From the NCBI GenBank assembly GCA_013239625.1, contig MU053334.1:507190-571189 (forward strand): DNA of 64,000 bases, given 5' to 3'. The DNA is from Lama guanicoe. Lineage: Eukaryota. The notes below the pieces were generated by a model. That model did no database searches, had not been told where the DNA came from, and saw only the letters and a list, made by a program, of their open reading frames with translations. A program made the position numbers and the translations under genes. This document shows, one piece after another, positions 24,801-35,379 of this stretch (the stretch's first letter is position 1; each line of letters opens with the position of its first letter).

Positions 24801-26449
24801 CGTGCGGGGCTGCGTCGGGGCCCCTCTGCCAACCCTGCGGTGCTGGGTCAACACCGGGGTTCCTGGAGGAGAGGGAGGGCCCGCTTGCCCATGGACACCT
24901 GGAAATCTCTGCTGGCGACCAGGACACGCCACCTGCTACTGTTTATTCTCCCTCACGCTCTCTAATCCTGAGCAAACGCTGGCCCCGGGGCCTGCCTCTG
25001 ACCTTCACTTCTGTCCACACCTTTTCTGCCCACGCTGGGGCCGCTCGGGGCATGCCTGCCCCTCACCCAGGCTCTGCTCCCCTCAAGGGGGAACCCCATG
25101 ACCCCCCAGGACACTGGCCCCATACTGGCGGGCTGAGGAGAAGGAGGAGGGGGAGGGAGTGGAGAAGGTAGCAGGGAGAGGGGAGGGGAGGCATCTCCTG
25201 CACCTGCCTTGGGACCTGCCAAGTCATTGTGGGCCCCTGCTCGGGCGGCTCTGCCAGACCATAGGGTGGCTATCCCTCCCCACTCCCCCCATTTCTTCCC
25301 TCCTCCCCGCTCTGTCCCCGTTCCCCTTTGCCCTCCCACACCACTCACCACTGTGGCCCTGCCACGCCCAGCTGCACTGGCCCCTATTGGTCTCCCTGCC
25401 CTCCGTTCCCCAGATCACAGCCAGCATGGAGCATTCCGGAGAGCTCTACTTGGATATGGTTTCTAGTCTACGGATAATTCGCAGAAATCGATGAGGAGCT
25501 CCCATCCACCTGTAGCCACGTTCACGCATGTTTGAGTTTTGCTCCCTTTGCTCTGCTGTTTGCTCTTGTGTGCTTGAGCCCTGTCTTCTCTCTGTATCAA
25601 CGTGTTTTTTTTTTTCCCTGCACTACTGGAGCCTAGGAAGCTTGCCCATTTACCCTGAGTACACGGGTGTTCTACAAACAGTGTGGGGACTGACGGTGGT
25701 GCAGACCCGCCCTCTAACCCGGTCCCCGGCCTCTGACCCTGCGCTGTCCTGCTGGTGTCCATCTCCCCCAGCCCGGACTTGACCCAGGACTGCTCATCAG
25801 TCGACTGCAGTCCTCTTGGTCACCTGCAACTTGGAGCCTGTGCCCAGCCTTTCTCTGCACCTCTCGACCATGAACTTTCTGAGGAGTAGGGGCCAGCTGT
25901 GGTGCATAGCACCCCCCAATCTGGGTCTGTCTGCAGCTTCCTTGTCCCGCGGTTGGGGTGCACACATTAGCAGGAGTGAACAGAGTGAAGCTTTGTCCTT
26001 CTCGATGCCTCACACCTGGGGGCACAGGATGTCGAGAGGACCCACAACCAAGATGTTCATGTGGGCTCAGCGTGTGTCTGTCAGGTTCCTCCACTGGGAA
26101 ATCACCATTTAGGGTAAAGGCACAAGCTTCTTAAACACAAGAGGTACAGAAAAAAATAACGCCGATACAGGGAGAGGAGGGGGCAGGTGCAGGAACACGA
26201 GAGCAAGCGGTACAGCAACGGGGGCAGAATTCACATTAACAGGGGTCTTGTGGGAGATGCTCAGGGACCATGTCAGGGTCCCCCACCCCCAGCCTGCCAC
26301 ACTAGTGTCAGCATCCACTGACCCATTTCTAGTCATTTCCACTCTTCTAATGTGCATTCTGCTGTGCAAAGAGCTTTCTCTTCTCTCCCGTTTATGTGCT
26401 TTTCATGTATTCATTTATGTCAGTTTGGCCTCACAGACTTACATTGTCA

Positions 26450-29400
26450 GAATGACTCTGTGGTGGGCCGGGAAGCTCTAAGATTTTGTTTTCCACAGAA
26501 ACACTGAAAAAGACAAGGAGAAAGTGTCTGGACTAACTTTACGAGAGCTCTAGAAGACAGTTAAAAGTCTGCAGCAACCAGGCTAAGGTCCAATCCAGAA
26601 AAAGCCACCTTCAGAAGGGTAGCAAAGTTTCATGGCATTTGTACTCACTCTTCTTGCCCATCCTTAGTGCAGTGGCAGTTTTGGTCTTGAATTGCCAGCC
26701 CAGTTCCATTCTCCTCTCCTACTGCAAACCAGAAGGAGCAGAGAATATCATATTTTCCAATTGCTGTGCACTTCTGCATATACACAAAAGGCTGGTGCAG
26801 GGCGCACGTCTCTGTTTTGTTCAATCTGGAACTTGAATGGTAAAAGGGGAAGTCACAGCTCATAAAAGCTGCAAGACAACTACAGACCCACAGACTCCTG
26901 GGGCAAGAGATGACAGCTAGAGCCATATAATGGACCATTTAAGGTTTGTGGAAGCGGAAGGACTCTTCGGGAAATTAGGCTATCCAAAAGCAGTGGTGCA
27001 TATGCAAGAATTTAGACAGCCACACTCAGGTCCAGCAAGATTTCATCTTGGGTTGGTCCTCAGGCTCAGAGCAAGTCTACCTCAGTGCTGAGGGAGGGAC
27101 AGAGCCAGGCTGTGAAGACTGGAAAAGCCCCTGCTATTCAAGGAAACTCAGCCCAAACACCAGCTGAACACAAGCTAAAGGAGCAGAGAGTCAGTGATCA
27201 CAAACAGCAAGGAATAGTCTTTGGAAAAGTTGTTCGGTAAAGTCTCAAAACAAATGGACCATGACAGCCTTCAACAACAACAGCAACAATAGAAGAGAGG
27301 GACAGAGACAGAAGGAAAAGAATAGCAAACACCAGGAAAGGAGCATCTGATTTCCAGGGCTGCCATATTATAATAGTCAACTCCCCAATTTTCAACACAA
27401 CAACAACAACTCACAAGGCTTACAAAGAAACAAGAAAATACGGCCCATTCAAAGGAGCAAAAGAAATTCACAGAAATCATCAATGAGGAGATCCAGGCAT
27501 CAACCTGTTAGACAAAGACCTTAAAACTACCGTCTTAAGTGTGCTCAAAGACCTAGGGTGAAACGTGGACAAAAGCCAAAGGAAACCAGGGAAATGCTGC
27601 ACATACAAAATGCGAGTATTAACAAAAAGATATAAATTATTTTAAAAAGCACTAGGAATTCTGGAGGTGAAAAGTACGGTGACTGAAGTGGAAAATTCAC
27701 TAGAAGGGATCAATAACAGACTTGATCAGGCAGAAGAAAGGTTGAGTGAACTTGAAGACAGGACAATTGAATTTATCTGGTTTGAAGAGCAGGGAAATGA
27801 AAAAATGAAGAAAAGTGAATAGAGCCTAATGGACTTGCGGGACATCATCAAGCAGGTCAACACATGCATGATAAGAGTCTAAGCAGACAAAAGAAAGGGG
27901 CAAGAGTATTGTGTGAAGAGATAATGGCTGAACACCTCCAGGAGGCTCAACCAGCTCCAGGTAGGATAAACTCAAAGAGCTCCACCTCGACCTACATTAT
28001 AGCCCCTGTCACACATATACAAACATTATTTCAATAATGTGGAAAGACGAAGAAAAATATCAAAAGCACCAAGAGAAAAGAGACTTGCCACAGCAAGGCA
28101 CCCTCAGTAAAGCCATCAGCTGCTTTATCATTGCAAACCTTGGAAGCCATCAAGGTCGTGGACAACAGGTTTGAAATGCTGCAAGGAAAAACAGCCGACC
28201 AAGAATTCTGTCTGGCAAAGCTGTCCTTCAAAACTGAGAGAAAGGTCCAGACGTTTCCAGATAAAGAAAAACTGAGGGAGTTCATCACCACTAAACCTAC
28301 TCTATAAGCAATGCTAGAAGAAGCCCTTCAGGTTGCAATGAAAAGACACTAGACAGTAAGTCAAAGCTCTACAGGAAAAGAAAGAGCTCCGATAAAGCTG
28401 AGTATGTGGGCAAATATAAAAGCCAATATTATTGTAGTCTTTGTAACTTTACTTTTTATTTGCTGTGATTTAAAAGATAAATGCAAAAAAATAACTATGA
28501 GTCTATGTTATTAGCACATAAGACATAGAGATCCAATTTGTTACAATAATAACTTGAGGAGGGTGTGGAGCTATATAGGAGTAGAGTTTTGTATGCAATT
28601 GAAGCTAAGTGAGTATCAATTCAAGTCAGACTGTTATAACTTTAGGGTGATATATGTAATCCCATGATAACCACAAAGAAAAGATCTACATAATATATGC
28701 AAAAGGAGAAAGGAATCGAAATTTATTGCTACAAAAAATCAGTGCAACACAAAAGAAAGCAGTAATGGAGGAAATGAGGAACAAAAAAGGTAGAAGATAT
28801 ACAGAAAACAAATAGCAAGATGGCAGGTCTGAGTCCACCTTTATCAATACTTACTTTAAATGTAAATGGATTTAAACTCTTCATTCAAGAGGCAGAGATG
28901 GGCAGAACCGATTAAAAACAAAACAAAACAGGAATCCAAGTATATGCTGCCCTTAAGAGATTCACTTTAGAACTAAAGACACAGATAGGTTGAAACTGAA
29001 AGGATGGAAAAAGATATTCCACACAAATGGCAACCAAAAGACAGCTAGGGGTGGCTCCACTAATACTAGACAAAATAGACCTTAAGCTTTAAAAAGGTTA
29101 TAAGAGACAAAGAAGGATCTTATTTCTTGCTTTAAAAAAATCAACAAAAATGTAACAATTGTAAAGATACGTGCACCAAGCAATATAGTCTCAAAACACA
29201 CGAGGCAAACGCTGCAGACCTGAAGGAGGGCACGGGTAGTAAAACGTCCACTAGTGAGAGCTGGAGGCCTCAGAACCACGTTTCCAAGAGTGTACAGAAA
29301 AACAAGGTCAAAGGTCAATAATAGAATAGAGAACTTGACAATACTATAAGCCAATCGAACCTAATAGACACACACAGAACACCCCACCGTCGACAGCAGA

Positions 29401-31390
29401 ACACACGGTTCTCAAGTGCACATGGGATACGCTCCAGAGTAAACAATTGCTGTGCTCTAAAACAAGTCTTAGTGCATTTTAAAAGATTAATATCATGCAA
29501 AGTATCTTTTTCCATCCACAAAGGAATAAACCTACAAATCGATAATGGAAGGAAAATGGTAAAATTCACAAATACGTGAAAAGTAAACAACAAACTCAAA
29601 CAATCAGTAAGTCAAAGAAGAAATGGGGAAATCCTTAGAAACGAGTGAAAACAAAAGCATATCACACAATTCTTACGAGATCCAGCAAAGGCAGCACCGA
29701 GACAACACGGCTGTAAAACCTGCATTAAGAAAGTAAAAGATCTCGAATCAGTCATCTCGCTTTACACCTTAAAGAACTAGGAAAAGAAGAGAAAACTAAG
29801 CTCAAAGCTGCAGAAGGGAGGAAACAACAGTGGTTAGATCCGAGATAAATAAAATGGAGAACAGAAAAGCCACAAAGAAAACCAACAAACCTAAGGTTGG
29901 TTCTCTGAAGAGGTCAACAATATTGACAAACCATTAGCTAGACGGACTGAGAAAAAAAGAAAGAAGAATCAAGTTTTAAAATCAGAAATGAAAGGGACGT
30001 TACTATTGATTTTATGGAAATAAGTGATTAAAGGTTTGCTATACCATGGGTGGGCTTGGAGGGTCTTATGCTAAGTGAAATAAGTCAGACAAAGAAAGAC
30101 ACACACTGTGTGATGTACACGGAACCCAAAAGACGACAATCTAGTGAATATAACAACAGTGAAAACCAGGCTCACAGATACAGGACAGAGACTCGTGGTT
30201 GCCAGTGGGGCACACAGGGAATACAGCCAATGTTTTATAATACCCAAAAATGAAGTATAAATTTAAAAAATTGTGGATCACTATGTGGTATACCTGTAAC
30301 TTGTACGATATTGCTCATCGACTGCACTTCAACTTAAAACAATGTAAGAGACAGCACTGTGTATGGTATCACAATGTCACCATCATTACTGGCATTAGTC
30401 ATGTCGTTTTATGACTATGAATGTCTAGCAAGGGCAACAGAACATTCAAAGCTGAAGTCACAGAAAAATAAATAGATACAAATAATACTTGAAAAAATTA
30501 TGATGAAAGGCAATAGTATGAACAGTCGCATGCCAAGAAATTTGATAAGTCAGAAGAAATGGACACAATCTTAGGAACACACAATCGAACCAAACCTACT
30601 CATGAAGAAATAGACAAACTAAACAGGCCTACAGCTCGTGCGGAGATCAAATCGGGAACCAAAACTCCTCAACAGAGAAAAGCCCAGGACCAGAGGAGAA
30701 TTCTTTTAAAACATTTAAAGAAGAATTAACCCAAGCCTTCTCAAACTCCTCCAAAAAGAACTATAGAGGAAGGAATACTTACTAACTCATTGTATGAGGC
30801 CGTAACTGCCCTGACGTCAAAGCCAGACAAAGACACTACAAGAAAAGAAAGCTAGAGACCTTATGAATAGCGATGCAGAAATTCTCAACAAAATACTAGC
30901 AGAAACATCCAGAAGCGCGTTAAAAGGACTCCACACCATGACCAGGCGGGTTTTGTTCCTGGGACGTGAGGATGTTTCACCTGCAAAAATCAACCAATCA
31001 CCACACTAATAGACTGAAGAAAGAAAAAGAAAAACACATCTCAACTGATATACATACAGAATTTGCCGATACCCTCCCACGATAAAGAAGGAAAAAAAAA
31101 CTCAACAAACTAGGAATGGAAGGAAACTCTCTCAATACAGTCGAGGCCGTATGTGAAGGGCCCACAGCCGACAGCACGCTCAAGGGCGAGAGGTGAAAGC
31201 GTCTCCTGTGAGGCCAGGAACGAGACGACGACGCTCACACGAATCCACCACTCCTATTCACCACAGGGCTAGGTCCAGCCAGAGCAATTAGGCAAGAAAA
31301 AGAAATAAAAAGGCACCCAGATTGGAAAATAAAGAAACTATCCATGGTCACAAACGACACAAGCTGATGTGCGGAAGTCGCCAAACGCGC
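26450..31390 (+). mobile_element. Old LINE-1 (L1M-type) remnant: 5' region, decayed ORF1 (~27420-28350), decayed ORF2 (from ~28820)
   Basis: A-rich island; ORF2 endonuclease start LSILTLNVNG at ~28840; RT-like remnants KPDKDTTRKE (30820-30850), DAEILNKILA (~30870-30900), HHDQAGFVPG (~30933-30963); many stops and frameshifts. Confidence 0.9.
30040..30345 (+). mobile_element. Younger L1 3'-end fragment nested in the ORF2 of the old L1
   Basis: cttggagggtcttatgctaagtgaaataagtcagacaaagaaagac...tacctgtaacttgtacgatattg..cacttcaacttaaaa is an L1 3' terminus pattern; ORF2-like sequence resumes at ~30510. Confidence 0.75.
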
Positions 31391-31409
31391 CACCAAACAC
31401 GATTCCAGC

Positions 31410-31695
31410 TTGCTGCGGTGTGTGTGACCGCTTCCCTCCAAAGTGCACAAGCTGGTGCCCAAACCCCCAGGGCTGGTGGTATTAGGAGGTGGGACCTTCT
31501 GGAGGTGCTTAAGGCGTGAGATTGGAGCCCTCGAGAATGGGATTAGCGCCTTGTAAAAGCGATTGCAGAGAGATCCTTGGCCCCTGCTGACTTGGCAACG
31601 GGTCGGTCGCCTGAAACCTGGAAGCGGGATTGCACCAGGACCGACCGTGCTGGCTGAATTTCAGCCTCCAGACTGTGAGAAATAAATTTCTGTTG
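31410..31695 (+). mobile_element. ERVL-MaLR LTR (MLT1A/B-like)
   Basis: ggtattaggaggtggg..ggagccctc..aatgggattagcgccttgtaaaag..cagcctccagactgtgagaaataaatttctgttg. Confidence 0.85.
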
Positions 31696-31785
31696 TGGTA
31701 CTGGTTGCACAACACTGCGAATGTGCTTAATGCCACTTAAAACGGTAAATATTACATCATGCGCATTTTACTACACACACACACA
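31696..31785 (+). mobile_element. L1M 3' terminal fragment
   Basis: tggttgcacaacactgcgaatgtgcttaatgccact...ttttactacac resembles old L1MB/MC 3' ends. Confidence 0.65.
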
Positions 31786-33074
31786 AATCCCCAATGGCTC
31801 CCCTGCTTTAAACACCCCGGGAACCCCCACCTGCCAAACTCAGAGCACATCCAGACCCCTCCCTCATCCGACCTTGCCCGCCTCACGTCCAGCGCCCCCC
31901 CCCACCGCCTTGCCCTGCCCTGGCACTGGCACACCCAGTGCCCTCAGACACCCCAAGGGGCCACGTTCACCGCTGCCCCAGGGCCCTGGCATCTGCCCCC
32001 CCGGGGGGCCGCTCCCTAATGTGCAGAAGGCTGCCTCCCTCCTTCCTCCAGCTGGACGCTCACCCTGCCCCTCACCGAGCTGCCCTTCTCTCCATTCCTT
32101 GGAGAGCTCTTACTGCTCCCCTAGATGACCGGGGGTGCGGGAAAGTCCAAAGGGGACCTATGTTCCCTTGTCCGTGTCTAGTCCCCAAGGCCCAGGGCAG
32201 CACCCCTTGGGGCTCGGCAGAATTTGCTAGAAGGAAGAAAGGAAGGAGGGAAGGAGGGTGAGAGGGAGGGAGGAAACAGGCAAGGGGAGGGTTTGTGTGA
32301 AGATCAGGAGAACGCAGAAGGCCTTGGGGCGGTCTCAGTCTTCACACAGGGCAGGGGCCTTCCTGGTGGAGGGTCTCTGCATCCTTGCGGCCCTGGGGCA
32401 GGGTTAGGGGAGTGGGCACAGCCCTTCTCACAGTGAGGACAGCTCTGGGGCCAGGACGGCCAGGTGGAGTGTGATCCGCCCACCCACCCCCCACGTCTCC
32501 TGGGCATCAGCTGGGGCTGCCCAGACCCCCACCCCAGAAGTGGAGGGTCCCCCTCCCTGCAGATGCTGGTGCCCTGGGGAACAGGAGGCCCGTGTCCCTG
32601 GACAGCCTGGAGGTGGGCCCTGAGCCGGCCTAGAGTCAGCCATGCCTTGGATCCCCAGGGCCGCGCCCTGATCATCCTGGACCCTCCCTGGTGTGTGGTG
32701 CGGAGCTGGGCAAACAGCCAGCACTCGATAAATGCCTGAGGCGTGATGCATTCTGGTGCTCGGCGCCCTGTTATGGTGGAAGGGGGGTGGTGGGGAGGGG
32801 TGCACTAGAAGGGGCGCCTTGGCCTCAGCGGACGACCCCGGGCAGCGCCAACCCCCCAGAGACTCCCGTCAGGCCTGATGAATGGGCCTGCAGTGCCCAG
32901 CTCCGGGCTCTGTGCAGTGGGCGTCTCTATCCGCTGGTGGGATCACGTCCACCTGCGGGCTGAGTGAGGGACAGGGCGTGCTCCAGGCCGGGCTGCTTCC
33001 TGGCACGTCCGTGGGCCCCCCCGAGCCCCGGGAGGCCTGGCCGCGGCCCTCCTTCCCGGCAGCCCTCCGCCCAT

Positions 33075-33140
33075 GCTTCCTCCTCCTTCTGTTCTCAGCT
33101 CTCTCAACTGTGAAGGGGTAAACTCTCTGAGTAAACAGGC
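33075..33140 (+). promoter_or_regulatory. MUC5B upstream enhancer, orthologous to the human rs35705950/FOXA2 element
   Basis: cttctgttctcagcTctctcaactgtgaaggggtaaactc aligns without gaps to the human SNP context as I recall it (cttctgttttcagc[G/T]ccttcaactgtgaagaggtgaactc); forkhead GTAAACA at 33131-33137; ~2.2 kb upstream of the TATA-like box. Confidence 0.8.
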
Positions 33141-34969
33141 TGGGCTCCCCGGGCCACATCCGGGATGTCCCAATCCCGCGACCCTGTCAGGCCCTCACCG
33201 CCAGCTCTGCCCGGGGGACGGCACTCCAGGAGGGAGGGGTGGCGTTGGACCACAGCGGCGGCTGCCCTCTCCCTCACTCCTCCGTGCATTTGTTGAGTGC
33301 CTACTGTGTGCCAGCCGTGAACAGACGGCCCCGCCCCCCCGCCTGGAGAGCCCCTCTGGGTGGGCGGGCAGGATGGACCATACCCCCAAAGTGTGGAGGG
33401 ATAGCAGAGTCCAGGCCGAGGCGCCCAGGCTGCTCTCGTGGCAGGGGGCTCGGGGCTGCGCTGCGTGGGCACTGGGGCTGGCGGGGCCCCTCCGATGGCT
33501 GCGGGGTGAGGATGTGCCAGCCGGGAGGGCGACGGGACACAGCCTGAGAGTCAGGCCTTCGGAGGAGGCGAGAGGAAGCCAGGCCACGAGGGCTCAGGCT
33601 GAGGGGCCGAGATTCCCTGCCTCCTTTCTCCCTTCGGGGGCAGCCTGGCGTCCGAGCCGTGTGTACTCCCCACCCCCAGGAGGGACTGGGCGCCATCACA
33701 TTACAGAGCACCTGCTGTTTGCTTGGAGCGAGGGCAGGGAGGCCAGGTCCAGCTGTAGCCCGAGTACACAGGAGGGCGGGGGCCCCAGGCCCCTAGTGCA
33801 CCCCCCGGGCCTGTCCTGAGAGACCCCCGGCCCTCCCCCAGCGTCCCCTCCACCGGCGCCCTCTGCATCGGGACAACTGGGCTGGCTATGAAAGGGAACT
33901 CTGGAGACGCCAAACGCCCCAGCTTCAGGAGCCATCAGCCTTGGAGGTGACAGGGAGGTCGGGGGAGGAGGAGCCGAGGGCAGCCTGAGCGCGGCCCTGG
34001 GGTCCCAGAAGCGGGCAGGTAGTGGGGTCTGGGCCTGAGCTGGGACGCGGGGCCCAGGCCTGCAGGGACCTGGGCCGGGAGGCGCGGGCCAGCCCGGTGC
34101 AGGCGCGCCTGCTGTGAGGACACCAGGAGCCAGAGGGGAGAGCAGAGCCGCGGGCCCTCAGCCGGGCTGGGCGCGACGCCGGCAAAACACGGCTAAAGCT
34201 TTCACCACAGGTTTCCCTTTGCCCAGAAATTTCACTTTTGTGGACTTGTCTTCAGGGAGACCAAGGCTGGCGGGGGCGGGGGCGGGGCCCTCAGCTGTTA
34301 ATCACACAGCCCTGGAACCCACTCTCCTCCGCGGGCCGGTCAGAGCCCGGCAGCCCGAGCGTCCCGCCGGGTCGCGCCGCCGACAGCGCTCAGGCGCACC
34401 AGGTGCGGGGGGAGGACGCCCAGGAGCGGGCAGACCGGAGGAGGAGGGTGCTCGCCGGGGAGAGGGGCGTGCAGCTGCGGTGCTGCAGGCAGGGCGCTGG
34501 GGGACGAGCCACCAACGAGGGGAACAGTCACCATGTGACCTGAAACCCTACCACCCCAGCTGTGGGGCTGGGCCTCCACGACCCGACCTGGGGCAGGCCC
34601 TGGGGTTCAGAAACCCCGGCCCCGCAGGCGCCCCCCGTCAGCACACCTGGGAGCCCGGGGGGACATCACTGTGCACACACAGTCCCCACACATTCTGTGC
34701 GGCCAGGGCGTCCGTCCCCAGAGCCTTGGTTTCCCCTCGAGCTTGAAGTTGGTGACTCAGGCGCCCAGAGACCTGCAAGGGCACTGCTGGCACGGCCAGA
34801 GCTCCGGGACCCCCGCAAGCCCTCCACAGAAGGCAGCCACACCCCTAGCTGAGCCGGAGCCCCCACTAGCCAGGCACAGCAGGGACCAGCAGCCCCTCCC
34901 GACCCCTCAGGGTCCGAAGCTGCCTCCCCTCCAATCCCTCCTCACAGCCTCAGCCAGGCTCCCTGCAGG

Positions 34970-35379
34970 GGCTGACGTGGGGGCTGAGTGTGAGCCGCGG
35001 GGCCACGGCGAGGGGCACTCCAGAGGCCTGAGGCGGCCCCGCTTGGCAGCGGCTTTGCCTGTGCCACCCTCCCGGCCCCAGTACACCAGTCCATCCACCC
35101 TCTCCCTTCTGCTTCTCAGAGGCTGCTGGGGGCGGGGGTCCTGCGTTTCTGGAGCTCAGAGCCACAAACCCTTCCTCCTCTGGGCTCTTTCATGCCACGG
35201 CCCCTCCCCGAGAGCAAACACACGTGGCTGACGTGGGGAGAGGACTGCGCCCTGCGTGGCCCAGGAGCCGGGCGCAGGGCCAAGGCTTCCTGCTACATAA
35301 GCCCCAGCGCCCTCAGGGGAGCGAGCACCGGGCCCCACTCCCGCCTCGCCGCCCGCCCACCGCCGTGCCAGCCCCTAGG
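34970..35379 (+). promoter_or_regulatory. MUC5B proximal promoter and 5'UTR
   Basis: TATA-like TACATAA 35294-35300 (same motif described for human MUC5B); forkhead GCAAACA 35214-35220; CACGTGGC 35221-35228; TGACGTGG 34973-34980 and 35229-35236; NF-kB-like GGGGCACTCC 35012-35021. Confidence 0.85.

Noticed and set aside
18900..25500. Many 100-290 aa ORFs in the intergenic region
   Set aside because: Pro/Gly/Arg/Ala-rich, overlapping on both strands, no recognisable domain or exon chain; expected at this GC content.
27420..31390. Functional L1 ORF1/ORF2
   Set aside because: Many stops, frameshifts, nested insertions and a truncated RT.
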